The translations under genes were made by a program, and so were the position numbers. A stretch of DNA of 64,000 bases, from assembly GCA_963664395.2 (NCBI GenBank), contig OY761159.2, positions 3,513,710 to 3,577,709 of the forward strand. Reading direction: 5' to 3'. Shown piece by piece: positions 20,961 to 30,023 of the stretch. The notes below the pieces were generated by a model. It saw only the letters and a list, made by a program, of their open reading frames with translations. It was not told where the DNA came from and ran no database searches. Positions within the stretch are counted from its first letter, which is position 1. Every line of letters starts with the position of its first letter. The DNA comes from Candidatus Binatia bacterium. Its GTDB lineage: Bacteria; Desulfobacterota; Binatia; Bin18.

Positions 20961-22257
20961 CCGCAGGCGTAAACACGCGCTCGAAGATATGGTCGGTATG
21001 CCGCAGCGCGTGGCGCGCATCAAAGAGCTGATCGATTTCAGACGGACTCAGCAGCCGGGTAATATCCGGGTCTTGGCGGACCTCAAGGGCAAAAGAGGCA
21101 TTGCGCTCCCAGACCTTCATGGCATTGCGCTGAACCCAGCCATACGCCTCTTCGCGGGAAATTCCTTTGCGGACTAACGCCAATAACAGATGTTCGGAAT
21201 AAATCGCTTCCCCGAGCATGGCCATATTGGTCTGCATCCGCTCGGGGTGAACAACCAGCCGGTCCGCGAGCGTGGTCAGCCGGGCCAACATAAAGTCGAG
21301 CAGCGTGGTTGCATCCGGGCCAATCACGCGTTCGACCGAGGAATGGCTGATATCGCGCTCATGCCATAATGGGACATTCTCCAGGGCTGAGAGTGCGTAG
21401 CCGCGCAGCAGGCGCGCCAGTCCGCTCACATTTTCCAACTGCCACGGATTGCGTTTATGCGGCATGGCGGACGAACCCTTTTGGCCGGGGGTAAAGGGTT
21501 CTTGCACTTCAAAGACTTCGGTGCGTTGCAGATGGCGCAGCTCAGTCGCAATCCGGTCGAGCGAGCTGCCGATCAGCGCCAGCGTCGAGAAAAAGTGGGC
21601 ATGCCGGTCACGCGGGATCACTTGGGTGGCAATGGTTTCCGGGGCGAGCCCCAAGCGCGCACAAATAGATGCTTCGACCGCGGGATCAATGTTGGCATAC
21701 GTGCCAACCGCGCCTGAAATTTTGCCGACCGCAATCTCGCGCCGGGCGTGCACCAGGCGAGCCTTATTGCGCTCCATCTCGGCGAACCAGTGGGCGACTT
21801 TGAGGCCGAAGGTAATCGGCTCGGCATGCACGCCGTGGCTGCGTCCGATCATGACCGTGTGCCGATGTTCCTGGGCGCGCCGCTTCAGCACGTCGAGTAA
21901 GGCATCCAGATCGGTCAGAATAACATCCGTTGCCTCGCACAGTTGAACGGCAAAGCCGGTATCGATCACATCGGACGAGGTCAGGCCAAGATGCAGATAG
22001 CGTCCTTCTTGGCCCACACTCTCAGCCACCGCGGACACAAAGGCAACCACATCATGCTTGACCTCGGCTTCGATCTCTTGCATACGGCGAATATCGACCT
22101 GCGCGTGTTGTCTCAGATGAGGAATCACTGCCGCTGGGATGTCACCGCGCTCAGCCAACGCTTCACACGCCAGCAGCTCGACTTCCAGCCAGGTGGAAAG
22201 CTTTTTCTCCTCTGACCAAATCCGGCGGAGGGCCGGACGGGTGTAGCGCTCGATCAT
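20956..22257 (-). CDS. purB: Adenylosuccinate lyase
   Basis: 433 aa with 'GLTSSDVIDT' and 'GSSAMPHKRNP'. Confidence 0.95.
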   Translation of the reverse strand: MIERYTRPALRRIWSEEKKLSTWLEVELLACEALAERGDIPAAVIPHLRQHAQVDIRRMQEIEAEVKHDVVAFVSAVAESVGQEGRYLHLGLTSSDVIDTGFAVQLCEATDVILTDLDALLDVLKRRAQEHRHTVMIGRSHGVHAEPITFGLKVAHWFAEMERNKARLVHARREIAVGKISGAVGTYANIDPAVEASICARLGLAPETIATQVIPRDRHAHFFSTLALIGSSLDRIATELRHLQRTEVFEVQEPFTPGQKGSSAMPHKRNPWQLENVSGLARLLRGYALSALENVPLWHERDISHSSVERVIGPDATTLLDFMLARLTTLADRLVVHPERMQTNMAMLGEAIYSEHLLLALVRKGISREEAYGWVQRNAMKVWERNASFALEVRQDPDITRLLSPSEIDQLFDARHALRHTDHIFERVFTPAA

Positions 22258-22391
22258 GAGCGCAGTGCTATCAGAACTTCAGCCGCGACCAAAGAGGGGC
22301 GCTGTTTCTTTCCTGGGAGCAGGTCATCAAAAGGGTGTTGCAATCAGGTGAGAGGCGGGGTAAGTCAGAAGGCCCTGCTCCAAAGCAACGC

Positions 22392-22464
22392 GGCGGCGTA
22401 CCCAAGTGGCTAAGGGAGAGGTCTGCAAAACCTCCATTCACCGGTTCGAATCCGGTCGCCGCCT
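22392..22464 (+). tRNA. tRNA-Cys (anticodon GCA)
   Basis: Manual fold: acceptor ggcggcg/cgccgcc, anticodon stem gaggt/acctc with loop ctGCAaa, T arm accgg-ttcgaat-ccggt. Confidence 0.85.
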
Positions 22465-22466
22465 TG

Positions 22467-23273
22467 TCACTCTTCTTCATTCCGGCCCTGGCGCCGTGGC
22501 CCAAAACACACTCCCCTTTTCGAGTCTTGTATGAAACCCAGCAAGGCCCGGACATCTTGAGACGGAGCGGTCTCCCACAGTTGCGCGACTTTGTGTCGCA
22601 TGTTTCCTCGCTGGCGGAACAACGTAGCAAACGCCTGTTTCAAGGCCGCAATCCGCTCTCGACTAAAGCCGGCGCGCCGCAGGCCGACGACGTTTAAGCC
22701 CCGCACGGTATGGGTGCCGTCCATAATACAAAAGGGCGGGACATCCCGACTGGTCCGGGACAGCCCCCGCAGCAGGGCCAAGGTCCCGATCTTTACAAAC
22801 TGGTGGACGACACAGTTGCCGGACACAAGGGCGCGGTCCGCGACCTCGACATAACCGGCCAGAAGCGCCCCTCCGGCAATGATCGTATTGTTCCCCAGCC
22901 GGCAATTATGCGCCACATGCGCATGCTGCATGAGATAATTATCGTTGCCGATAATCGTGGCACTCTCAGCCTGTGTCCCGCGGTGAATTTGGCTGTGCTC
23001 GCGCACGGTATTGCGGTGACCGATCCTGAGAAAACTTCTTTCACCCGAGTACGAGAAGTCCTGCGGGGCGTGGCCGATGACCGCCCCCATATGGATTTCA
23101 TTGTCTTCGCCGATTTCGGTCCAGCCGCTGAGTACGGCGTGGGCAAGAATCCGCGTTCCGCGTCCAATCCGGACAGCGCCGTCAATCACAACATAGGGGC
23201 CGATGTCAACGCTGGGGTCAATGTCGGCTTGCGGGGAAATAATGGCTGTCGGATGGATCGCCATACGTGACAA
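22467..23273 (-). CDS. lpxA: Acyl-ACP--UDP-N-acetylglucosamine O-acyltransferase
   Basis: 268 aa with left-handed beta-helix hexapeptide repeats ('IHPTAIISPQADIDPSVDIGPYVVIDGAVRIG') and an LpxA-type C-terminal helical domain. Confidence 0.9.
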   Translation of the reverse strand: MSRMAIHPTAIISPQADIDPSVDIGPYVVIDGAVRIGRGTRILAHAVLSGWTEIGEDNEIHMGAVIGHAPQDFSYSGERSFLRIGHRNTVREHSQIHRGTQAESATIIGNDNYLMQHAHVAHNCRLGNNTIIAGGALLAGYVEVADRALVSGNCVVHQFVKIGTLALLRGLSRTSRDVPPFCIMDGTHTVRGLNVVGLRRAGFSRERIAALKQAFATLFRQRGNMRHKVAQLWETAPSQDVRALLGFIQDSKRGVCFGPRRQGRNEEE

Positions 23274-23282
23274 GCGACTGTA

Positions 23283-23468
23283 TCAAAGCTTGTTTGGCTC
23301 GGTGTCCTCCGAGGGCGTCAGGTCTGCCTGCTCGCCAGGGATGTGATACGTATCACTCGCCCACGCACCAAGGTCAAGCGTCCGACAGCGCTCCGAACAA
23401 AAAGGGCGGTAGGCGTTGTCCTGCCACGGGGTTTCTTTACGACACTGTGGACACTTGACCGTTTGCAT
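23283..23468 (-). CDS. yacG: DNA gyrase inhibitor YacG (zinc-ribbon protein)
   Basis: 61 aa with 'MQTVKCPQCRKETPWQDNAYRPFCSERCRTLDLGAW'. The upstream extension of the tracked ORF crosses a repeat and a tRNA and is rejected. Confidence 0.8.
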   Translation of the reverse strand: MQTVKCPQCRKETPWQDNAYRPFCSERCRTLDLGAWASDTYHIPGEQADLTPSEDTEPNKL

Positions 23469-23502
23469 AAGCGCACACCTGTAAAATGAACAAGCGTACC
23501 AA

Positions 23503-23532
23503 CATCCGCATGCATCCGCATGCATCCGCATG
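23503..23532. repeat. 10-nt tandem repeat x3 (catccgcatg)
   Basis: Direct reading of the sequence. It lies between the tRNA-Gly(CCC) 3' end and the yacG start. Confidence 0.9.
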
Positions 23533-23568
23533 GCTGTTGGAGGGCGCGTTTGCTCATTGCAAGGGAAA

Positions 23569-23640
<72 letters not shown>

Positions 23641-23708
23641 TCAGGATTATAGTTTACCCTCCGTCCGACGAGACTGCGAAAGAGAAAGGGAGTTGCTGAA
23701 AAAGAAAA

Positions 23709-23826
23709 CCCCGGCCTCGTCCTACTCTCCCACAGCATTCCGCTGCAGTACCATCGGCGCTGGAGGGCTTAACGGCCGTGTTCGGGATGGGAACGGGTGT
23801 GGCCCCTCCGCCATTGAGACCGGGGA
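23709..23826 (-). rRNA. rrf: 5S ribosomal RNA (no adjacent 23S)
   Basis: The reverse complement contains the hallmark 5S segments CCACACCCGUUCCCAUCCCGAACACGG, GCGCCGAUGGUACUG and GGGAGAGUAGGACG. The terminal helix is CCCCGG(U)C/GAGGCCGGGG. Confidence 0.85.
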
Positions 23827-23842
23827 ATTTTCTTAGTCGCCT

Positions 23843-23871
23843 CTAATAACGGCCTCGGAGTGTGCTGTCAA
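23843..23871 (-). promoter_or_regulatory. Candidate sigma70 promoter for the 5S rRNA
   Basis: The minus strand reads TTGACA-N17-TATTAG, ending about 17 nt upstream of the mature 5S 5' end. Confidence 0.45.
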
Positions 23872-23986
23872 GCCTCCCAGCCGGCGTCGGTTGACGACCC
23901 CGGCATCCGCCGTTACCGTGATGCACGGTTCCTGTACGGGCATAGAGGGAGCAGAATGGAGCCTCCCGAGTGCGGCTTCGAGTTGC

Positions 23987-24015
23987 TTGACTCAGTATAG
24001 ACGGCCTCCTAAGAT
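23987..24015 (+). promoter_or_regulatory. Candidate sigma70 promoter for gmhA
   Basis: TTGACT-N17-TAAGAT lies directly upstream of the gmhA start, which would imply a very short leader. Confidence 0.4.
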
Positions 24016-24029
24016 CAGCAGCCTTGCTC

Positions 24030-24626
24030 ATGAAGGAAGAAATAGCACAGATTTTTCAGGCCAGTATTGAGGTAAAAGAACAGTTCTTGCGGGCGCATGG
24101 CAACGAATTGGTCGCCGCAACCAAGACCGTTATCCGGACGCTGCGTACGGGTGGAAAAATTCTCCTGTTCGGGAATGGCGGCAGTGCTGCCGATGCGCAG
24201 CATATCGCCGCCGAGTTCGTGAATCGCTACCTGATCGATCGCCCTCCGCTGCCGGCGATTGCGCTGACAACCGACTCCTCGGCTTTGACCTCGATTGCGA
24301 ACGATTACGGTCCCACTGAGATTTTTGCCAAGCAAATACAAGCACTTGGTAAAAATAAGGATGTCGCTATCGCACTCTCGACAAGTGGCAATTCATCAAA
24401 CGTTCTCCGAGGACTTGAGTGTTGCCGCAGCATAGGGATGCGGACCATTGGGCTGACGGGCGGGAGTGGCGGGGCGATGGCCGCTCTGGTCGATCATTGT
24501 CTGTGTGTCTCGGCAACAACCGTCACGCCTCGGATTCAGGAAACGCATATTCTCATCGGACATGTGATCTGCGAAATGGTTGACCTGAGCCTCTATGGGG
24601 CCGGGCGCCCGGAGAGTGAACAGTGA
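24030..24626 (+). CDS. gmhA: D-sedoheptulose-7-phosphate isomerase (SIS domain)
   Basis: Contains 'GGKILLFGNGGSAADAQHIAAEFVNRY...ALTTDSSALTSIANDY...STSGNSSNV'. The start is the ATG at 24030, or the TTG at 24024. Confidence 0.9.
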   Translation: MKEEIAQIFQASIEVKEQFLRAHGNELVAATKTVIRTLRTGGKILLFGNGGSAADAQHIAAEFVNRYLIDRPPLPAIALTTDSSALTSIANDYGPTEIFAKQIQALGKNKDVAIALSTSGNSSNVLRGLECCRSIGMRTIGLTGGSGGAMAALVDHCLCVSATTVTPRIQETHILIGHVICEMVDLSLYGAGRPESEQ

Positions 24627-24647
24627 AAAACCGAGCGTTCGGGGCCG

Positions 24648-24760
24648 GAACCCACCCCGCCGCTGCGCGGCACCCCTCCAGGGAGGGGAGTTGGAAGGGG
24701 CCCGGTTCTGTTTTCTCTATCCCCTCCTCGGAGGGGTGGCCCGAAGGGCCGGGGTGGGTT
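24648..24760. repeat. Inverted pair of family-A GC-rich elements (forward 24648-24690, reverse 24719-24760)
   Basis: The arms read aacccaccccgccgctgcgcggcacccctccagggaggggag and atcccctcctcggaggggtggcccgaagggccggggtgggtt. The same family recurs at 33.0-33.9, 36.9, 38.1-38.8, 54.0 and 57.6 kb. Confidence 0.85.
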
Positions 24761-24768
24761 AGGGCGCA

Positions 24769-25734
24769 ATGAAATTCCCTCCTATCGACCCGAGACTCGC
24801 CTCAACCTATCCGCTCAGTCAACGCCGCAGTAAAGTCGCCGTGCAGGGATTGGGCAAGCCGTGGCGGGTGGGTGGCAGTCTGGAGGAATTTCTGCACTCT
24901 CTGCCGCGTATTCTGGCCGCTACCGACCTGGGTGAAATCGCCGGCCGCATTGCGACCGCCGTCCGGTCCGGGCGACCCGTTGTCCTGGGCATGGGTGCCC
25001 ATCCGCTCAAAGTCGGTCTTTCCCCGCTTATTATCGATCTTCTGGAGCGGGGCATTATTGCCGCCGTTGCGCTCAACGGTGCCTGCATTATCCACGATTT
25101 TGAACTGGCCTATCAGGGGGCGACTTCCGAGGATGTCGCCGCCAGTCTGGAGACGGGCCAGTTTGGCATGGCGCAGGAAACCGGAGAATTTTTGAACACT
25201 GCCATACAAACCGGGGTGACGCAGCAGGGGGTGGGTATTGGGCGAGCCGTTGGCGCGCGCATTCTGGCGGAACAATTGCCGTATGCCTCGCTGAGTGTGC
25301 TGGCCGCGTGCGCCCGGCTTGAGGTGCCGGCTTGTGTCCATGTCGCGATCGGGACGGATATTATTCATATGCATCCCAGCGTTGACGGGCGGGCAATCGG
25401 ACAAGGCAGCCTGCGCGACTTTCACCTGCTGACTTCGGTTGTGGCCCAATTGGAAGGCGGGGTGTTTATCAACCTGGGCTCGGCCGTCATCATTCCCGAA
25501 GTGTTTCTCAAAGCGCTCTCGCTGGCCAGAAATCTCGGCCATCCGGTGAAGACCCTGACTACGGTTGATATTGATTTCATCCGGCAGTATCGACCGACGG
25601 TCAACGTGGTGCATCGCCCCACCCAACAGGGCGGGCGCGGTTTTCAGCTAACCGGCCACCATGAAATTCTCTTCCCGCTGCTGTGTGCCGCGGTTTTGGA
25701 AGAACTGGGAACCGACGCGCCGGACAGGGCGTAA
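24769..25734 (+). CDS. Conserved-looking hypothetical protein (function unknown)
   Basis: 321-aa ORF with clean coding character ('VVLGMGAHPLKVGLSPLIIDLLERGIIAAVALNGACIIHDFELA'). I do not confidently recognise the family. Confidence 0.6.
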   Translation: MKFPPIDPRLASTYPLSQRRSKVAVQGLGKPWRVGGSLEEFLHSLPRILAATDLGEIAGRIATAVRSGRPVVLGMGAHPLKVGLSPLIIDLLERGIIAAVALNGACIIHDFELAYQGATSEDVAASLETGQFGMAQETGEFLNTAIQTGVTQQGVGIGRAVGARILAEQLPYASLSVLAACARLEVPACVHVAIGTDIIHMHPSVDGRAIGQGSLRDFHLLTSVVAQLEGGVFINLGSAVIIPEVFLKALSLARNLGHPVKTLTTVDIDFIRQYRPTVNVVHRPTQQGGRGFQLTGHHEILFPLLCAAVLEELGTDAPDRA

Positions 25735-25798
25735 CCGCGCGTTCGACTGCCGGGGCTCCAAAAGATGTCCGGCAGATGCACGTCTGGCGGAAGAGGGC

Positions 25799-26116
25799 AT
25801 GGTCGGAGTAGGATATAAACGTTTCTGGGGCTATTTCGGGTTTTGGGAAGCGTTCCGGTTTCCCGAAGATGAACTCGAATATCCGAGTGGAAAGCAACGT
25901 CTTCCTCTACATGAATGGACGGTTGAGCGTATGATACGGGCGAATTACCTGTATGCCGGGCCTGTGGATGAGGTGGTGCAAGGGATGGATGCCTTGGCCG
26001 ACGCGGTAAACCCGGAATGGTTTGCGTGGCTGTTTGACCAGGGGCTCCTGCCTCGGACAGAACTGAGGAAGCAGCTTGAACTATTCGGCAAACATATTTT
26101 GCCACGCTATCGTTAA
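25799..26116 (+). pseudogene. C-terminal remnant of a luciferase-like (LLM-class) flavin oxidoreductase
   Basis: Only about 105 codons are present. The segment '...YAGPVDEVVQGMDALADAV...WLFDQGLLPRTELRKQLELFGKHILPRY' resembles the last third of LLM enzymes. There is no room for the N-terminal two thirds, because the upstream gene ends at 25734. Confidence 0.45.
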
Positions 26117-26183
26117 CGCCGAAAACGACGAAGAAAACACGCGCCCGCAACACGCGCAGGACAGAAATCAGACGGACCGCAGC

Positions 26184-27416
26184 ATGCCACAGTTCCAATA
26201 CCAGGCGACCACCCCGCAAGGAAAAATCATTGAAGGCGTGCGGGAAGCGGGAGAGGAGCGGGCGGTCGTGGCGTGGCTCCATAAGCAGGGCTATATACCC
26301 CTCAGCGTCGCACTGCCGCACCGCCGGGAAGCCGCCCCCACGCGGAAATGGTTGTCTCTGCCGGCGCTGCCGTGGAGTGGCCACATCTCGCAGCGTGACT
26401 TGCTGCTCCTGACCCGCGAGCTGGCGACCATGCTCTCGGCCGGGTTGCCGCTGGACCGGGCGCTGGCGATCCTGGTCGGGCTCACTGAAAAAGCCGCACT
26501 CAGCCACGTGGTGGCTGAAGTGTTGAAGGCCGTCCAGCAAGGCCAATCGCTGGCAGAAGCTTTGGCCGAGTATCCCCACATCTTTCCGCCTCTGTATATT
26601 AATATGGCGCGGGCAGGAGAAGCCGGCGGCTTTCTGGAGACGGCCTTGCAGCGCGTAGCGGAATATCTTGAGCGTGCCCAAGAGGTCCAGGAGGAAGTGA
26701 AGTCAGCCCTCGCCTACCCCGTTATTCTGGTGCTCTTTGGCACTGGGGCTATTGTTTGCATGTTCATATTTGTCCTGCCGCGCTTTGCCGGCTTATTCGC
26801 CGATAGCGGCCAGACGCTCCCGGCTTCAACCCAGTTCATGTTGACGACCAGTGAGGTCCTGCGTGCCTATTGGTGGGGATTCCTGTTGTTCGGGGTTGGC
26901 AGCGTCTTCGGCTGGCGGCGCTACGTCGCCACTCCCCAGGGTCGCCTGACGTGGGACGGATTCTGTCTCCGCCTGGTGCTCCTCGGTCCCTTACTCCAAA
27001 AGCGCGAGGTGGGTCGTTTTTCCCGCACTCTGAGTACCCTGCTCAGCAGTGGGGTGCCGTTGCTCCAGGGACTTGAGATCGTGGAGGCCGTTATTGAGAA
27101 TAAGGTCATTGGTCAGGCCGTCAAGGAAGTCCGGGCCGGGGTCCGGGAAGGGCAGGGGATTGCCGCACCGCTCGGACGAACCGGGGTGTTCCCGACGATG
27201 GCGCTTCAGCTGATCGGGGTGGGCGAGGAAACCGGTCGTCTGGATGAAATGCTGAAACAAGTTGCCGATTACTTTGAGCGCGAGACGCAGCAGCAGATCA
27301 GGCGAATGACCTCGCTGGTTGAACCGGTCCTGTTGCTGACCATGGGACTGATTATCGGCTTTGTCGTGATTTCCATGCTGGTCGGCATCTTCAGTATGAA
27401 CGACATGGCCCTGTAA
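26184..27416 (+). CDS. gspF: Type II secretion / type IV pilus platform protein (GspF/PilC family)
   Basis: About 410 aa starting 'MPQFQYQATTPQGKIIEG', with two GspF repeats and TM segments. Confidence 0.9.
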   Translation: MPQFQYQATTPQGKIIEGVREAGEERAVVAWLHKQGYIPLSVALPHRREAAPTRKWLSLPALPWSGHISQRDLLLLTRELATMLSAGLPLDRALAILVGLTEKAALSHVVAEVLKAVQQGQSLAEALAEYPHIFPPLYINMARAGEAGGFLETALQRVAEYLERAQEVQEEVKSALAYPVILVLFGTGAIVCMFIFVLPRFAGLFADSGQTLPASTQFMLTTSEVLRAYWWGFLLFGVGSVFGWRRYVATPQGRLTWDGFCLRLVLLGPLLQKREVGRFSRTLSTLLSSGVPLLQGLEIVEAVIENKVIGQAVKEVRAGVREGQGIAAPLGRTGVFPTMALQLIGVGEETGRLDEMLKQVADYFERETQQQIRRMTSLVEPVLLLTMGLIIGFVVISMLVGIFSMNDMAL

Positions 27417-27437
27417 CGGACAGAAAGGAGACGGCGT

Positions 27438-27872
27438 ATGCAGCCCAACAAAAAGACTCTACTCAATCAAGCTGGCCAATCCGGCTTTACACTTATTGAA
27501 CTCCTGGTCGTGATGGTGATTATCGGTTTGCTGGTTGCGCTGGTTGGGCCGAACGTGATGGGCCGCGCCGAGAAAGCCAAGCCGCAGGCCGCCCGGGTGC
27601 AAATCGAAAATCTGTCCAGCGCGCTTGAGATGTTCAAGTTGGACGTCGGCAGGTATCCGACCGAAGAGGAAGGGCTGGCCGCGCTCCGTGAAGGGCTGTC
27701 CGGAGTGGCCCGCTGGGATGGCCCTTATCTCAGAAAAAAGGTGCCCAAGGACCCCTGGGACCAGGCCTATGTCTATCGCCGCTCAGGAAGAGAATTCGAG
27801 GTGCTCTCCTATGGGGCCGATGGTGTGACGGGCGGTTCCAGCGTTGACGCCGATATCCTCAGTTCCGAATAA
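27438..27872 (+). CDS. gspG: Type II secretion major pseudopilin GspG
   Basis: Prepilin leader and cleavage motif 'QSGFTLIELLVVMVIIGLL', plus GspG core motifs 'PTEEEGLAAL', 'WDGPYL', 'DPWDQAY' and 'SYGADG'. Confidence 0.9.
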   Translation: MQPNKKTLLNQAGQSGFTLIELLVVMVIIGLLVALVGPNVMGRAEKAKPQAARVQIENLSSALEMFKLDVGRYPTEEEGLAALREGLSGVARWDGPYLRKKVPKDPWDQAYVYRRSGREFEVLSYGADGVTGGSSVDADILSSE

Positions 27873-27909
27873 GAGGCGGGGTCAGAGGCCGAATAATGAG
27901 GATGAGTGG

Positions 27910-29388
27910 GTGAATATAACAAAGAGTGTGCAACGCCTCACCAGGGTTGACTATCTCGACGGTCTCGGGATAGCGGTTGGCACGCACGATATCAGCTTGG
28001 TGCAGAGTACCAAGCGCTTCTTTCAGGTTGCGCTCAAAGAAGTCCGCACGATCCCCCTGCCGGAATTCTCCGAACGCCAGCCGGACCGGTTGGATCAGCC
28101 GGACCAGCCGAACCAGCCGAACCAGCCGGACCAGCTGGATCGGCCCGCCTTCGTGCGGCGTGCAGTCGCGGACTTTCTGAAAGACATCGGAACAATCCCG
28201 GACCAGACAGTCCTGTGTCTTCCCCGCAAAGAGGCCAGCGTGAGCCGGCTCGTCGTGCCGGAAACCGCGCGCGACTCGCTGGAACAGGTCATCCGCTATG
28301 AAGTGGAACGCCTGCTGCCCTTCCGTGAGGAGGAGATTTATTACGATTACCTGCTCACTGAGGAGGGAGGGGAAGAGCGGCGGCTGGGAGTCGTCATTTT
28401 TTGTCTGCCCCGCCAGACCGTCGATCCGCTGGTAGAACTCCTGGCCGAGCAAAACCTGCGCCCGCAGAGTGTCACCCTGAGCAGTGCGGGGCAAACCACA
28501 ACCCTGCTCGCCTGTTGTCCGGCCGAGCACGGGCGGCAGATCCTTGCCGCCCGGGAAGACGGCAGCCTGGAGCTGAACTTTCTGAGTGAGCAGCAGCTTG
28601 TGGCAAGTCAAACAGTACCGGCCGGGCGGGTTGCCGAGGCCGACGCCTTGGCCGATATACTCGCCCGGAGTGTTGCCAGGAATTTCCCCGGCCGTGCCCC
28701 GGACACGACGCCGGTCTTTACCTGGGACGAGCAGGGGAGGCTGCCCCTCAGCGTGGAGCCGGACCGCGACCTGGTGCATTTGGCCCGAGAGCGGTTTCCG
28801 GTATTAGAGGCGGGCAGGTCGCTGTCTGTCTCCACCTGCGCCGCCATTGGAGCCGCCCTCCAGGCTGTGGGGGAGGGCGGAGAGGTCAATGTCCTGCCGG
28901 CTGAAAACCGGGCGCATCGGGAAAAACTGCTCACCCCCCTCACCGTAGTGTTTGTTGGCTGCATCCTGCTCTTCAGCCTTGTCTGGGCGACTGGAATTGT
29001 GATCCAGGATCGCCGCACCCTCAACCATGTCCAAGACCGGATTCAGACCCTGGCCCCGGACGTGCACAGCGTCCAGGATCAGGAAGAAGAAGCGCACCGC
29101 CTCCAGGCACAACTCCAGACCCTGCGGTCCGAGACACGCATCCGGCTGACACCGCTCCTGGAGGATATATCCGAGCGCATCCCCCAGCAGGTCTACCTCA
29201 CCGCGTTCCGTTTTAAGAATGGCCGCGTTGAACTCACGGGCGTTGCCAAGACGGGATCGGCCTCCGATCTGGTCGGGGTCCTTGAGGGGTCGCCCTGCCT
29301 TCAGAACGTTGCGCCAAAATCGCCATTCAAGAAAACGGGAGCGGGCGAAACCTTCACGCTGGGCGCACGGGTGCAGACATGCGGCTAG
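27910..29388 (+). CDS. GspL-like assembly protein (PilM-like cytoplasmic domain, one TM segment, PilN-like periplasmic domain)
   Basis: Contains 'VLCLPRKEASVSRLVVPETARDSLEQVIRYEVERLLPF', the TM segment 'LTVVFVGCILLFSLVWATGIVI' and a coiled periplasmic part. The start is probably the GTG at 27910 after gagga; the tracked ATG at 27844 overlaps gspG. Confidence 0.75.
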   Translation: MNITKSVQRLTRVDYLDGLGIAVGTHDISLVQSTKRFFQVALKEVRTIPLPEFSERQPDRLDQPDQPNQPNQPDQLDRPAFVRRAVADFLKDIGTIPDQTVLCLPRKEASVSRLVVPETARDSLEQVIRYEVERLLPFREEEIYYDYLLTEEGGEERRLGVVIFCLPRQTVDPLVELLAEQNLRPQSVTLSSAGQTTTLLACCPAEHGRQILAAREDGSLELNFLSEQQLVASQTVPAGRVAEADALADILARSVARNFPGRAPDTTPVFTWDEQGRLPLSVEPDRDLVHLARERFPVLEAGRSLSVSTCAAIGAALQAVGEGGEVNVLPAENRAHREKLLTPLTVVFVGCILLFSLVWATGIVIQDRRTLNHVQDRIQTLAPDVHSVQDQEEEAHRLQAQLQTLRSETRIRLTPLLEDISERIPQQVYLTAFRFKNGRVELTGVAKTGSASDLVGVLEGSPCLQNVAPKSPFKKTGAGETFTLGARVQTCG

Positions 29389-30014
29389 CCGCAATTCGGG
29401 CCGCCTGGCAACGATTCTCTCCCCGAGAGCGCACCTTGGCCGGTCTCGCCCTGGGCGCGTTGGTCGTGGTTGGTCTCCGCTATGGTATTGTCACCCCATA
29501 CCTGGCGTATACAACCCGGCTCGAAGAGATGATCGACCGGGACGTGCAGCGTATTGCAAAAATGCAACGCCAGTGGGACCGGGCTGAAGAAGTCCGGAAG
29601 CGCGCGCGCACCCTGGAGAGGCGCTTTGCTGCGGCCTATAAACAACTGATCCCAGGGGAAACTCCTACACTCGCTGCCGCCCAGCTCCAGGAACGGGTCC
29701 AAACCCTGGCCGGTCAAAGTGGGCTGACAGTGGTCACGACTCAGGTGCGGAAAGAGAAATCGCTCGGATCATTGCGCAAGACCGCAGTCCAAATGACTCT
29801 TCGGGGGGACACGCCCGCTATTGCAGATTTTCTTTCACGCGTTGAGTATGGGAAGTGGTTGCTGTCCGTGTCCCGTTTAGAGGTCGGCCGGGGTACTACC
29901 CGCCGGAGAAGAAGAAAGCGGGCGGCGGCGGCACGCCCCCCACTCACGATTACGCTTGAGGTAGAGGGCGTCATGCAGGGAGCGCGGGCGACACAGACGG
30001 CGCGGGCGGAGTAA
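29379..30014 (+). CDS. GspM/PilO-like inner-membrane assembly protein
   Basis: 211 aa with an N-terminal TM segment followed by a coiled coil. Its position after the GspL-like gene fits, but there are no strong motifs. Confidence 0.55.
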   Translation: MRLAAIRAAWQRFSPRERTLAGLALGALVVVGLRYGIVTPYLAYTTRLEEMIDRDVQRIAKMQRQWDRAEEVRKRARTLERRFAAAYKQLIPGETPTLAAAQLQERVQTLAGQSGLTVVTTQVRKEKSLGSLRKTAVQMTLRGDTPAIADFLSRVEYGKWLLSVSRLEVGRGTTRRRRRKRAAAARPPLTITLEVEGVMQGARATQTARAE

Positions 30015-30023
30015 AACGCAGTC

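Noticed and set aside
23827-24023. Expected remainder of an rrn operon (23S/16S) next to the 5S gene.
   Set aside because: There is no rRNA-like sequence. The spacer is only about 200 nt and contains two divergent promoter-like motifs.
25644-26681. Long antisense ORFs: 345 aa here, and also 27859-28779, 30743-31552, 32071-32871, 40076-40801, 47885-48622 and 62499-63344.
   Set aside because: They lie opposite well-supported genes (gspF, the GspL-like gene, gspD, wzt, the GTs, the ligase). Their composition is Arg/Pro/Gly-rich and low-complexity, typical of shadow ORFs in GC-rich DNA. They have no motifs or RBS.
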